DNA of 64,000 nt from Leptogorgia sarmentosa (GCA_964658305.1 OZ210885.1:2914001-2978000); one strand, 5' to 3'; positions 1 through 13,081 are shown, counted from the first letter of the stretch. Numbers and translations: made by a program. The notes: generated by a model from the sequence alone, not told the origin.

Positions 1-2643
1 GGAAAGATGGCAAAAAAGCAGTCAACGCTTGATTTCTTTATACGAAATGCTAATGAAGCAAACGAACCAGCTCAAGCGTACATGGCGAATGGTAGTTCAA
101 ATTCACAATTGCTACACGAGCAGTCAGATCAATCGAGTGAACTCAACGAAGCGAATAATACCGAAAGTTCTTCAACTTTAAGCTCAACAGTTTCAGGTGA
201 CAGTAATTCTGAGGCTGAACATGACTCTGTTCTCCACGAAACTACATCAAAAGAAATTGAAGTGGTGCCTACTAAATCTGGAGAGAGAAAAAGAATAAGA
301 TGCAAAGTTTGCAATGAAAATTCGGATGTTGTTAAAAGGTTTTGCTACAGAGGTCGAATTCCCCCCATCTGCACACCAACAGGAGCAGAAGCCCGTAGTG
401 GAACAACAGCAACCCATCTCAGAAGTGAAGCTCATAAAGAGTCCGTTAAGTTAAATAGAATCAAGGGGTTATCTTCGTCTGAAAAATTACAAGCAATACC
501 CTTATTCAAGATAGCAAATGCACAAACACATCTTCTCGCCAATCGAATCGGTAAATTGATAATTCAGGTGTACAACGATGCAAAAAATTTGTCAATTTCC
601 GCCTTTTCCTGGCCATCAAGAGTCGTAGCTAGTGAAATTGCTCACACTTTCGATTATAACAGTCCTTTTGAAGAGTATGACGCGTCAGTATTCGACTTAC
701 AATACGTCACACCAGCAAGTCATCAGCAACTTTTGAAAATTATCGTGCAGGCCGACTTACCAAGATTTAAAGAAGAAATCGATGATTGTCTGGCAGCGTC
801 TTTCCGTTGTGATGCTTCAATGGATCGTACTCAAAAAGATAACGAGTTCATGTTGTTAAATGTTATTAACAAACATGGAAACGAATTGCTTCGTTATGTT
901 GGTCTTGGCCATGTTAAAAATAGAGGTGCCAAGGGTCATTTAGAAGCATTGAAGGAAGGCGCAACTGATACAATTGGTTTGAATAAAGTGTTGACCATTT
1001 CCAACCATATGACAACGGATGGGGAAAACAAGAATGTCGGTGAGCATAATGGGCTGTGGAAATTGATTGATGATGAAAGAGCCAAAGAAGAAGCTACCTT
1101 TCCAATGTTGAAGTCAGTCTGTGCAGTTCACTCTTCTGCATTAGCGTACCATGACCTGTGTAAGGACGTTTCAGAAGTAGATACTCTGATACGAAAAGTT
1201 TCTGGCATCTCCTCATTTTTCCATGCGTCAGCAGTTCGTACGGCAGAGCTTGAAAAGTATGCTAAAGAGCAAGACCTTAAAGTTAGGCGCTTACCAAGGT
1301 ATTACGAAGTCAGGTGGACGGAATTTACAGCAGGTTTGATTGACGCTGTTCTCATCTCTTGGAGGGCACTTATGGTGTTTTGTGAAAGATCAGAGGAAGA
1401 GCAAGCGAAAGGTTTCGGGAAACTGTTCTCAAACAAAGACAACTTAATGCTTATGTGCTTACTGGGCGACGTTCTTTTCCTTCTGAAGGTGTTCCAGAAG
1501 AAGTTGCAAGGAGACGACGTAACAATCGTTGATATTGTCCCAGAAACAAAGAAGTTCATTGCCAAAATCGACAAATTACACCAACGCCCAATTCTTGGTG
1601 GATGGGAAGATAAGTTTTTACAAAGCTACGATGAGGAAGATGGAACATTTTTTGGGAGAGTTTTGTGGCAAAAAGAACGACGCACATCTCGTAGAAATCT
1701 CTATGTTTCCGAAAGGAGAGCGTTCTCCGCGATAAAGGTTGAAGTATTACAGTCATTGCGTAATTTTATGGAAACAAGGCTCAAGATAGATGATCACATG
1801 AAAGAAAATTTTTCTTCATTTGTAAAGTTTACTGCAAGTGAAGCAGTTATCCGAGAGATTCATGCTTCAGTGGCACCGGATCTCGACCTGCGATATCTGG
1901 CACAAGAGTATGAAGATGTACAGGAAAGCACCATGCATAAAGGCAACCCCAAAGCTTTATTGCAAAACCTGTGTGCAAATTCTAACAAGACTGAAACGCT
2001 AACAGAGGTGCTGGCCCGGATACTTGTATGCAAACCACACTCAGCAGATTGTGAAAGATTAGTCTCTGCCTACAACACCGTAAAGACGAATTCAAGGAAT
2101 CGTCTTGAACGCGAAACGGTGAGTAATTATCTTTATGTCAACATCAACATGCCAGTCTTGTCAAAATTCGACCCAAGGCCTGCCGTTCGTCATTTTATCG
2201 ATGAAAGAAGACGGCGCGTGAAGGATACACCAAAGGCTGACAGGCAAGCATGGTTTCAGAAAGTTTTTCAACGCGATGATACGGATGAAACTGAGAGTGA
2301 TGTAGAAGATGCAGACAATGCGACAAAACAGAAAAAATTGAATCGTGAATTTTAGTCTTACATACTTTTCAATTACGGTGACAGGTGACATTCACGAGAC
2401 ATTAATATAGTTCAAATTCAGAACATAAAACTGTAGCGAATTTACAGAAGTTTTTGCCTATTTCGCTTTTTGCTAAATAATATGTAAAGGAACCGTTGTT
2501 GTTGTATGCTTAAAGGTTAATCCCAAATTCTAATAAATGATAAATATCGCATTTTATCACTGCACAAAATCTCTTTTATCACTGCACAAATCTCATTTAT
2601 CACTGCACAAATTGGTTATCACTGCACCTTAGAATAATCCCTG
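1..2643 (+). mobile_element. Autonomous hAT DNA transposon, right portion (left end outside the window)
   Basis: The transposase ORF is followed by four subterminal TTATCACTGCAC repeats (~2553-2627) and the terminus CCTTAGAATAATCCCTG ending at 2643. The same TIR bounds 8-bp-TSD MITEs at 35421 and 36266. Confidence 0.88.
7..2355 (+). CDS. hAT-superfamily transposase (ZNF862/KIAA1586-like), intact single-exon ORF, 782 aa
   Basis: N-terminal CxxC...H...H zinc finger (CKVC...THLRSEAH). Catalytic-type motifs SFRCDASMD (D1), TTDGE (D2), CAVH (CxxH), VRW and SADCER (E). C-terminal hAT dimerisation-like ERLVS...KTNSRNRL. Confidence 0.9.
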   Translation: MAKKQSTLDFFIRNANEANEPAQAYMANGSSNSQLLHEQSDQSSELNEANNTESSSTLSSTVSGDSNSEAEHDSVLHETTSKEIEVVPTKSGERKRIRCKVCNENSDVVKRFCYRGRIPPICTPTGAEARSGTTATHLRSEAHKESVKLNRIKGLSSSEKLQAIPLFKIANAQTHLLANRIGKLIIQVYNDAKNLSISAFSWPSRVVASEIAHTFDYNSPFEEYDASVFDLQYVTPASHQQLLKIIVQADLPRFKEEIDDCLAASFRCDASMDRTQKDNEFMLLNVINKHGNELLRYVGLGHVKNRGAKGHLEALKEGATDTIGLNKVLTISNHMTTDGENKNVGEHNGLWKLIDDERAKEEATFPMLKSVCAVHSSALAYHDLCKDVSEVDTLIRKVSGISSFFHASAVRTAELEKYAKEQDLKVRRLPRYYEVRWTEFTAGLIDAVLISWRALMVFCERSEEEQAKGFGKLFSNKDNLMLMCLLGDVLFLLKVFQKKLQGDDVTIVDIVPETKKFIAKIDKLHQRPILGGWEDKFLQSYDEEDGTFFGRVLWQKERRTSRRNLYVSERRAFSAIKVEVLQSLRNFMETRLKIDDHMKENFSSFVKFTASEAVIREIHASVAPDLDLRYLAQEYEDVQESTMHKGNPKALLQNLCANSNKTETLTEVLARILVCKPHSADCERLVSAYNTVKTNSRNRLERETVSNYLYVNINMPVLSKFDPRPAVRHFIDERRRRVKDTPKADRQAWFQKVFQRDDTDETESDVEDADNATKQKKLNREF

Positions 2644-5600
2644 GGAGAGTATCCATTTGCCATTTCCACAAGTAGTAAAGACTGCGTGGCAATCAATGCG
2701 ACAGACGTGATAGAAAATAAATGTAATGGGAAAAAACAGTGTTCTTTTATAGTCAAGCGTCGCGATTTCTTGGAATCGACTTGTGAGCAAAGTGCAATCT
2801 TACTTGTTCGCTTCAAATGTAAAAGTATTCCAGGTATTTTTGTATTAGTTTCCTATTTTTTCTATTAATATCGCGATCACCTTGGGCTACCGTTTCAGGG
2901 TGGTTATATTACTGACCAGGCCTAAATGGATAAACCAGGATAAAAGCTTGTTACACATTTTTCTTCGTTATATATATTACGTTTTTAAAAATATATGCGG
3001 AAAATAAAGTTTATACTGTGTGTTCCGACGACCACAATATCTGGCACTGTTGAATATCCACATATACAATGATGTTTCCAAAATATACTTGCATTCTTTG
3101 CTGCGTTCTAATTTAACTATTTTGCAGCTAAAAATTATATAATTAAGACTTGTTCAAGGTTGCATTATCGAACCTGAATCAGCCTACAATCAGGCGCAAC
3201 AATAATACTGAACAATATTGTTGTTAACTAAAAGCAATGTGGACATAATGTCTATAATGTTTTGACAATTTGGCTACCGAAAAGGCGCTTTAAACAATTT
3301 TCCTTACTCTGGTAAACTTCCAATGTGGCACGCATTTGATTTTCTATTATTAATCATAGTTATAGCAAACAGATCTGCTTCTAATGATCTTTTAGGCCAT
3401 TTCAGGTCTGCAAAAAAAATGGAAACACAAACTTTTTTTTCCTTTTTCTCGTTTAGCTGCTCCAAGGATGCTGAGCATCGTGATCAAAAGCCAAACTGAA
3501 CTGGACATATTTTGGTCAAATGATAACAATAAGGATGTTCCTACAAAGTTTAAAATGTGTTGGAAGAATGCCATTACAGAAACCTGCGTTTCTAAAAAGT
3601 ATTGGTCATCCACACCAAACATGACAATCCCCAACCTGCAGCCAGCGACCAAGTACATCATAGCGATAGCACGATACAAAGAAAATATCATCGGTCATAA
3701 AATACAAGAAATTGCTATTACACGTTCAGGTAAGAATTGCATCACTAAGTTCCGTTTAGCACTGATCAGAAATACCAAAAAGTGACTGTGATTGGGGGGC
3801 AATGTCGTCAGTGTTTCTTTTTCTCTGTGATGTGTAGTTCTCATGTTGACAAAAATAATGTAAATCCTCAGTAGTCCAAGGGTACGCAGCATGGTGCTAA
3901 CATAGCAACTCCACTCCCCCACTCCCTTCCGAAATGCACCGGAATAAGTTCTAAACGAATGAGTTGCTGATAATCAGATAGAGAACGAATCAGCCCTATG
4001 GTAGTTTGCTTAATGATGTGTGAAGAATATGGTCACACTTGCTTGAAAGAATGACCTAACCTCCATTGAGTACAAAAATACCCCATGGCAGAATTGACAT
4101 TATGAATGGGATTGTCTAAAATTGTACTGAAATCGAGTAAAGCATGAAATCGGTTTAAATCATGACCAGGACTTTGAACAAAATAGGGCAATAGCTACTA
4201 CGCTGGGAGTCATGGGACTAATTTGTTCTCGGATTGATTAGCCGCGACTCAGAACTTATTCTGGTGTATTTCGCGGGGAGGGGGGGGGGATTAATTTTCT
4301 TTGTATTTCAGCTCCGCCTCAAGCTACTGGAGTAAAATCTGCAACTTCTTTCCAAATTAAACTTCGAGCACTTCAAATTGATGACATGTGAGTTTTTGTA
4401 AACTGATATGTTTTGTTTGCTACAACTGATATTTCGGCTTCACTCATTTAAAAGATCTTTCTAAGATGTGAAACTGCAAATGAAAATGCACACAGATTCA
4501 TTTTTCCAAGTTTCATCAACTCTCTTCTTGGAGACTACTATCTTACGATTAGATGACCTATCCATTTCAGTTTGTTAGAATTGTTGTGTCTTCCTTCAAA
4601 TTCCAATGTCCTTCTTCAAATTATCGTATCTTTCTTCAAATTGCTGTGCACAATGCGGAATTACATTGTTCTGTTCTAGATATTTTCAAATTGTGTTATC
4701 GAAACAACAAAACGTTGAAAAACCAACTAGCCACCCAGGAACCGATCTTCAACCACATGGCAAAACCTCTGAGGACGACAAGCCGTATATCACTGTTGAG
4801 CTAAGAAGGAACTACCCCAATAAAAACAGACTTTTCACCGTGGGAGATTACATGACATATGCTGGTAGTAAAGATGGAGCAAAGATCGACTTTCAAAACG
4901 TGAAACTGGAACCAGACACGTTTTACTCAGTTTTTCAAAGAACATTCAAAACTAAGGTGGGTGATGCAAATACGCGGCGAGTGACCATCGGTCTGGAAAC
5001 ACTTTTAACGATATTTGCAATTGAAGAACAAATTAAGTAGGATCACCAATCATGTGCTTTTTTGTTCAAGCACGATCTTGTATCCAAACACGCAAGTCTG
5101 CTCCTTTCTCATTTCTAAAAATGTTATAATACATTAGAGAACGCTAAAAATGTCATGGGTAGGCGAAAAAAATGAAATATTTAAGGAGCAAGACAAAGCT
5201 GATTATATAAAGGGAAAGTGTCATTTGCATCCCCCGCCCTTACCTTGAAGTGAAGACGAGAAAAGGAGAGATCAATAATCATTCGCCCTTTCGTACTACA
5301 ATATCATAACACGTAGGTCGTTGCCCCTCCTATCCCTCTACCTCCCTGACATATATTATGGGCAAAAATAAAATATTTGAGAAGCAAGACCAAGTTAACA
5401 ATGAAGTTAAAGAAATCCTTGCCTCCAGTCCTCCCTCCTTGAAGCCGTGCTTCATGGGAAGTGCAAGGTAGATAGAAACAAGCCTTGGATACGTATTTTC
5501 TCAGAAAATTTCTTTTCTACCATCTTTGTCAGGGTTTGTACTACGATTCCGATTGGATGGATGTCATCAAAACAGATAAACTACAACCGAGTACTCCACC

Positions 5601-6231
5601 GATCCCCCTGACAGAGATAACTGTAGGTATGGACATTTCTGGTGAGCGGGATTATTTGATCTGAATACAGACATATTTTTATTTTCGAAAGTTTCTAAAG
5701 CATTGCTGACTAAGAGTAAAGCTATAGGCGTAAAAATCGTGCTTGAATATCAACATGACTTCAGTTTTTTTACTAAAGCACACGTTTTCAGGCATACAAA
5801 GTTTTCAAATTGTTACTTATTTTTACATAGTTGCTGAACATGGTGAAAAATATCTTGCTGGAATTATAGTGTTGATGATTCTCCTGATCATATCATTCCT
5901 GATTATTGCTTGTTTAATCCATCAAATACGTCGACTCAAATCATCTAAGGAAAACTCGGAGAACAACAGGAAGGAGAAAAATTACTCAAAAGGTATTTAT
6001 GAAAATCCTGGCAAAGTCAAAGATGATGGAGATTATGAAGAAATGGAAGATGTGCAGTCAACGTATACAGCTCTCAAAAGACCAGAAGATGAAAATGAAC
6101 ATTTATATACTCATTTACAAATGAATGAACTACAACACGATTCCATGAATCAGGAGAAAAGTGGAATTGAAGGTCCAAATGGTGTGGCCACTAGTCTTGA
6201 AAATATATTTGGGCGTGGCCCCCAATGTTAA
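2644..6231 (+). CDS. Single-pass receptor, 3' part: SUEL-type lectin (C-half), FN3, RPTP-like juxtamembrane domain, TM, tyrosine-motif tail; probably disrupted by the hAT insertion
   Basis: Phase-compatible GT-AG exons 2644-2833, 3457-3729, 4312-4387, 4680-4956, 5533-5641, 5831-6231. Motifs: CVAINATDV...CNGKKQC...C...LVRFKC; FN3 W...NLQPATKY; YITVEL...FTVGD...NVKLEPDTFY; TM LAGIIVLMILLIISFLIIACLI. Confidence 0.8.
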
Positions 6232-6342
6232 AACCAATAAAGGTCTACTATTAACCTCTTCCCATGAAGGGTGCAACGCTATAATCACATTAACAGAAAA
6301 CAAACATGCTCCCCACAAGTTACACTTACACAAAGTAACATG

Positions 6343-6740
6343 ATTCCCATTTTTATGGATACCACTGGTGAACCCGTCCCATAATTCTTGCCACTCATGG
6401 ACCTTTGCCGAGAACGTAGTCACTTCAAGTCGGGCAGCCTTATATTTGCTGTCTGTGGAATAGCGCTACTCGATACAACCGACGTGTTCACTAAGGAAAC
6501 CTCCTTACTAACATTCTTATTAGGTTTATTGTTAATTTTTAAGATAATTCTTTGTACCTCTAATTTGAAGTTTCCTGACTTGCTGGTTGTCCCAATCAGC
6601 TTTTTCACGTAGTATAGCCTCTATGCCCGCCTCGAGTCTAGCGCTTTTTTGCCAAATCCATCATTCTCCTTCGCGATCCGGCTCGATCATTCGGGTTTCG
6701 CAAACTTTACCCGCGGTCGCGATCAGGGAAGCTTGCACAC
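6343..6740 (-). mobile_element. Degenerate BEL/Pao LTR-retrotransposon gag fragment (DUF1759-like)
   Basis: Two minus-strand frames join across a frameshift near 6420 to give NIRLPDLK/TTFSAKVHEWQELWDGFTSGIHKN, matching the BEL/Pao gag motif LP.F.G...W..FWD.F...IH.N. Confidence 0.6.
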
Positions 6741-8718
6741 CCTGGTTCTTTATTTCAGGGACTGTATCTTTCGTTTTAAATACTTTATTATGTATAAATT
6801 GCGTTAAAACTAATCGTTTGCAGTCTATCACAATCACTGTACAACTAATCGTTTGCAGTCTATCACAATCAAACTCAACGTTCTGCGCCTCTCTGACTTT
6901 AGTCTCAATCCCTCAATCTAAATTTTTCTCGTTCTATTTCTACGTTTCTATTTCTAATCATAACATGATCAGTTGATTTACAAAGTTCAACGATCATGCA
7001 ACGTTCTATTTCTATATTTATGATGTATAAAAACGAATGCTCGGCTGCATGCGAAAAACAATGCAACACAAGCCTCGGGCTCGTGTTTCCACACATTTCT
7101 CGTTTTCCCAAACTTGCACTCGTGTTTGCATAACTCGATGTAAACATGGAAAGGGGGGCTGCTATATTTTAGCGAAGTTTGTTCGCGAGAGGTTGACTTC
7201 TTCGACTTGTTTTAAGCGGTAGTGAGTGATATTATTTACTTGCCAACCTTTTCACCAGCCATCATGCAGCGACGTCCAACGACCTTCATTTTTCAACGAA
7301 CTCTTCACTAAATCCAGGGCTATTAGAACATGAATGTCAAGCAGTGCTCTTCTCGGGCAAATGTCTTCTGCAAGACCCAGAAAGCTCTCACGCGCACATG
7401 ACATAGGACAATGACACGTTGCAGAAGCTTTTGCCTGGTCGTCCTAAAAATTAAAAAACTAACTGTTACAAACAATAATAACATAAACACTGCAAAAAAG
7501 AACGTTCTTCCCTAAATATACCAGAATAAGTTCAGAGTCGCTGCATGTTAATCAAATCGAGAACCAACAAGACGCCTATCAGGCGTTCACTCGGGCTACA
7601 TGAAGTTTATAAATGACGAACCCACTGGCAGTGCGCGTGGCATGACCATGAACCCACGCGTGAAACGATTCAACGAAGGTTTTCATTGGTTCAAGGACTT
7701 CGTGTCGCCCACGCGTGTTTTTTGCAAACTCGCGACCGAAAAAAAGAATCGAAGCCCATTTTTAAACTCGGTCTACCTACGGTAGCCCGAGTAATTAGCC
7801 CCACGGTAGCTATTGCCCTATTTGGTGATATTCTGAGCACGGTTGAAACTGCTTTACCTGATTACAGTACAATTTTACCAACGAATGGTGAATGAGACTG
7901 ATGACACTAGAAAATTCCTATTCAAAATGTTAATTCTGAAATCGGCTATTTTTGTCTTCAATCTTTCAAGCATGTGTGACCATACTCATTCACACACCTA
8001 TTAAGCAAAAGAGCGACTCATTTGTTTTGAACTTATATTCTGGTGTATTTCGGGGGTGTATTTCAAATTTTCAATTGTGATTAAATTCATAAAATACATC
8101 TGTATACATCTGTATAACTTTCGTTAAGATTGAACGCTTCAGGGACGAAAAAAATGCATTTAAAAATTGACAAATATATTGTTATTCGAAGTATGCAATT
8201 GCCCACTGAAAGTACGAAGCCGAAAATAACACCATTCGAAAACACCGATTTATACATTATTTCAAATGAGTTGAAGCTTGAGACTGTCTAGAGGTTTCAA
8301 AATATATATTTTTGTTCAAAATATATATTTTCCCGACATATCGAAACATAGTAATTTTTTTAAAATATAAAAGTAAAAATCAGTTGGAACTAAACAGGTA
8401 ACCTGGTGTGAACCCTCGGGAATTCCACAATCCTACCTCGGGTTACCGGACATTCAATCACTAATCTCCCTCAAGCCATGCTATTACTTATAATAAAAAT
8501 GTTTTCTATTCCTTAAAATAAATATCACTCACTATCGATTAAAACAAGTCGAAAAATCAACGTCTCGTGAATAAACTTGGCTAAAAAATAGCAGCCCCTA
8601 CTTCTAGGATATTATTACTAAATATGTACAACGTTTTCCGGTAACAAAACGAGTGAAAAAGTCGAAAAAATACGAAAAGTTTCTTTCAATTTGACGTGTC
8701 TCTGTGGTGGGCTGTTAA

Positions 8719-9748
8719 AGTGCCACTAACACAATTTTTTTTATTCACTGTATTGAAAGATATAATACAATATAATGCTCTAGTGAAAAAATTTTTTAAT
8801 TTCATAAAATATTGCGGATTTTATTGCACGTTGAATATGAAATTTTGTGGCCCAGTGCCGTCGTTTTGGAAGCCTGGGAATAGCGCACTTTTTTGACGTC
8901 ACGCAAGGTAGTCGGTGTTTTGCTTTGATGTTGCGAATCAATGGAATATCACATATAATCTTGTACATTGTACCGCAAATCAACACACGCTGTTTGACTA
9001 GCATTTATAATTATTTGGTTTTGGATAAATTGGAATCGTTTTAAAAGATCTTGAGCAGCAGTGAGACAGATTCAGAAGTGAGTTGTCCGTCTGACGACTC
9101 GAACTACAACTTCATTCCCCAGTATATGATAAAGGATGCAGACATTGACAACGCGCTTCGGGAAAGCGACGACGAAGGTTCTTCGGGCTTAGCTTATGCC
9201 GATGAACCATTAGCTGATGAAGCTTGGCTTGAAAATTATAATAGATTTAAAAGCCACACTCGTCTTGAAACTATTAAATTTGATGTCGTGACCAAGTGGA
9301 TATATCTGGACACTAATGCTAATTGCCTTTCGCCTCGCCTTTACTAGCTAACGTATAAAATAACGTGGAAATTGTTATATGCAGTGTTCTTTTGTGATGC
9401 TACTTTTACATTCGTGAATAAAGATTATTTGTGTACAAAACCTTATTAGTGTTGAGTATTTTATAATATACAACTTCGCACAATACAACTCGAGCGAATC
9501 TCACATACTCAAATACTAAAGGCAGACGCACGGAATGCAAACACACGAGTACCTTGCGTGACGTCATTAAATTTGCTCGTTCCAGTCTTATCATGCTCGC
9601 GGAAGTGATCCACATGAACACGCTAATAAACGATGTTCAAATCGCTGTAAAAATGAGTCTATTTTATAAAAATAATTGTTGTTTGGACAGTTATGCTTGA
9701 AAATATATAAACTTCCAAAATTGCTAAAAAAATTGTGTTATAGGCACT
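8719..9748 (+). mobile_element. Non-autonomous Kolobok-like DNA transposon with an accessory-protein remnant
   Basis: TTAA at 8715-8718 and 9749-9752. Imperfect TIRs AGTGCCACTAACACAATTTTTT / AAAAAATTGTGTTATAGGCACT (AG..CT ends). Internal acidic ORF remnant 9051-9347 with YADEPLADEAWLENY, which recalls P2X7-tail-like (KolX) proteins. Confidence 0.65.
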
Positions 9749-10228
9749 TTAAGCCTGTTATGTCGGTTTTTTATAACCAATAGGATTGCGTCTTCGTGTT
9801 TTCAAACATAGGTAGCCCAACGTAGTACGCAATACGTAGTTAGTATAAAATATATAATTTCATTTATAAAATAACCGGAAGTAAGTGAAAAAAGACGCGC
9901 GTGTGATTGGCTAACAGCCGTGTTGATGTGAGATTATGTAAACACAGCTATTTCCCGCTGCTTCTCGCTATTGCGTTATTCCGCTTTTGTCATCGCCCTT
10001 CGGGCTTGTGTTTCCACACATTTCTCGTTCTCCCAAACTAGCACTCGTGTTTACATAACTCAATGTAAGCATGGAAAATGTTTTCTATTCCTTAAATATA
10101 ATATATATATAAATTATACTAATGAATACTACGACTACATCATGCGTGCGTTAATTGGGCTTATCACTGTTGTAAAAATTAACGTCACGCCGTCATTAGA
10201 CATGGTGTCGAATGAATAATAGCCGAAC

Positions 10229-10469
10229 AATAGACCTTACCAATTATTCACATTTTACCCCAATGGCCTCGTTTTCATGCTGGATATTTACTCGTATTTC
10301 GCGCACAAAGCGGTTAAAATTGAGTAAGCCTATTATTGAGTTTAAGCTCAACAAACAAATTCATTCGGAAAAAGTCGGAAAATAACTTTCATGTGAGCTT
10401 ATCAAACGAAAAGAACTAAACATGAAAACGAGGCCATTGGGTAAACGGCAATAATCGATAAGGTCTATT
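10229..10469. mobile_element. MITE with ~50-bp imperfect TIRs
   Basis: AATAGACCTTA...TTTACCCAATGGCCTCGTTTTCATG at the left end and CATGAAAACGAGGCCATTGGGTAAA...TAAGGTCTATT at the right end. Confidence 0.7.
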
Positions 10470-10559
10470 ATGAGTGTAATTTCATAAAATACCTAATTAG
10501 CCTAAAATTGACAAAAATACGAGAATGAGTTCCGCTCGAGTGTGATACTCAAAATCGTC

Positions 10560-13081
10560 AACGGAAATCACACTACTCACCTAAATGTCATCTACTTACA
10601 CTTTTGAATTGCTAACTATATAAACTGCACGTGAATTTGAACTTACTTTTTGTTCTTTTGCCATTTTTTCTGTGGATTTTCTATCAGGTTGCGACTCGTC
10701 ACTAAAAACGTGATTGCTTATTGAAGTAGTCATTTCAAAATAATATAGTTCAAGTTAAACAACTTTCAACGACTTTTCAACAGTTTCGATTGTTAACTGT
10801 TTCCTAGAACTATCTGCCTATGATGATTGGTTTAAAGTTTGTTGGGTCAAGAAGTTGGTTTAAACTACGTAGAGCGTCAATATAATTGGGGGGGGGGGGG
10901 GGGGGGTGGAGGCTTCTCATATAATTATTAGTGTTCTGCCCGACGAATTTATTTAGAGGTCAGTTATTTTTGTGAGTTAATCATTAATTAAATAATTAAT
11001 TGGGCACAACACAAACTACTGTCGCAGTGACATCAAAAGTCCACATCGAGTGACGTTCATTTCCCAAGGGCTCTATCTGTTCTTATCAACTTGTTAACAT
11101 TGAACCAGGATGTACCTTAAGGTAGAACCATCTAAAGCAGTTCTTGTGCTTGTTAAATTTGCGGAAAATTTCTAAAAAACACAACATATATTAACTACTG
11201 TTTAGTGCAGTATGTTGCATGGAGAGTAGCGTTAATTCTTGTACATACAGCGTTTCAACTAGGAATTCGAAAATTTCACCATCCAAAATTAGAGAACTTT
11301 GCTGAAAGCGATTAGAATCTTAAAATCTTATACCATAAGAATGTTGGAAAGTAGCACGAATAAAAAAAATAGGTACACAAAGTGTACGTGTATCTGCGCC
11401 TATGTAGCTTGATGATCAAGTCTTATTTGTTTTCAGCTTTTCGATACACGCATCTTATCTGTCCCTAATACGCGATCTTGCATGTATAAAATGGTTTACT
11501 GCTAGGCAATAGGCGAATAGCGCAAATACTAATTCCTTTCAAGACGTGAGGTTGTGCGGAGACGTATTCAATACTTGATATAAGCTTTCATGACTATCTC
11601 GCATTCCGGAATTCCCGCGATCATATATCAAATTGCATAAGGAATTGAAACTTGACGACATATGATATCGCATTTTATGTTATTGCGTCTTAGACACAGC
11701 GCTTTGCGATTGTTTGTGAAAAATGTGGCTCTCTAAAAACAAAATTTACCCTTTCCAATACCGTATCATAATAATATATTTATATACAATACATTCCGTC
11801 CATTCATGCGCATTTGCGTAGACGCTAAAGTGTATGTATGATCGGTATTCGCATTGCGCGTAGGTTCAAAACAGAATACTTGAAACTATATATGATTTCG
11901 TTTGTTTTGTCTCGCGCTTAATAAACGCACAAACCCGTTTTATTACAAGCTACGAAATCTATTTTCCTGGGATTGAATGTTTCAACCATTCTGTATGGCG
12001 AAGCGTCAAAATATCTGAGCTCAGTGAGAATTACGTCATCTCAATGTTACGTTGTCGTCTATTGGCTAAATTTAAGTAACGAATTCGCTGATTGGCTGCA
12101 AGCTAACAGTTAACAGCTAACAGCTAACAGCTAACAGCTAACAGCTAACAGCTAACAACTAACAACTAACAGCTAACAACTAACAGCTAACAACTCGATA
12201 GCAATATATCTGCTGCGCAGATACAACAACCCTTCCCTACCCATTTCTTTTTTTGGTCCCCTGCTGCTTCTGTCGCTGGTAGCTAACTTATCATGCATAT
12301 ATACTGTATGTTCAAGGTGGCAGGAAAATGCCCCCCATTTTCTGTGGTATTTGTTATTTCTGTGATATCATTTATGTATATATAATTTATTAAACATTAT
12401 TTTTCAATAAACCGGCGTGTGCGCACGCACACAGCCAAGGCCATTATCTTTTCCATTTGGGTGTCTAGTGTTTAATTCCGTTTACAATCACGGAAAACAG
12501 AGCTCATGCATCAGCCAGGGCTAATTCCTGTTGAGGGTGGTTATATAAAGCACAGTTAATTTTAAGGGAGGCGATAAATTCAGTTAAATTAATATCACAC
12601 GCATTCAGCATTACAAAAAACGGAATTTCAAAAAATTGCGAGATGTCAAATCAATGAATGTAAAACATCGGTTTCTATATTTACTGACATATACACCTAC
12701 ATGAAACTTTTGCTTTGCATTTTGCCAAAGATTAGGTTTCTTTTGTCCTTCTTCTTTTTTAATTCCGAGTCCTTCTTCTTTAATTCCGAGCGCCCTGCGT
12801 TGTTGTAAATGCCCTTTTTCTTCACGGAGTATTGTGACTTCTTTTCTCAACTCCTTATTATTTGCATTCGTCTCTCCTAGATCCTGAAGGGAGAACAAAA
12901 TGATATTTTACAAATCAAAAAATTTCTATTACAAAATTTCGTGCGCACCAACAGGGGTGGTACCAGTTCTTGTTCCACTTGTCAGACAGAACTTCAACAT
13001 GAAGGCATTTCTTTGTGTCGAGAGACGCAAAGTCGGTTGTGCATCTTTGTCTCTAAACAATCGTACAAAAATTTCGGGAAT
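10560..13081 (-). pseudogene. Fragments of a further paralogue (D) of the coiled-coil/Cys-His-DxQ family
   Basis: An exon starting at 13081 (IPEIF..AQPT) is homologous to exon 28304-28198. A coiled-coil exon 12883-12697 reads KEVTILREEK. A remnant at ~10647-10700 (..KEQK|gtaagt) has intron flank matching 27178-27237. No C-terminal domain exon was found. Confidence 0.45.
12101..12194. repeat. Heptanucleotide microsatellite (CTAACAG/CTAACAA)n, about 13 units
   Basis: Directly visible tandem repeat. Confidence 0.95.
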
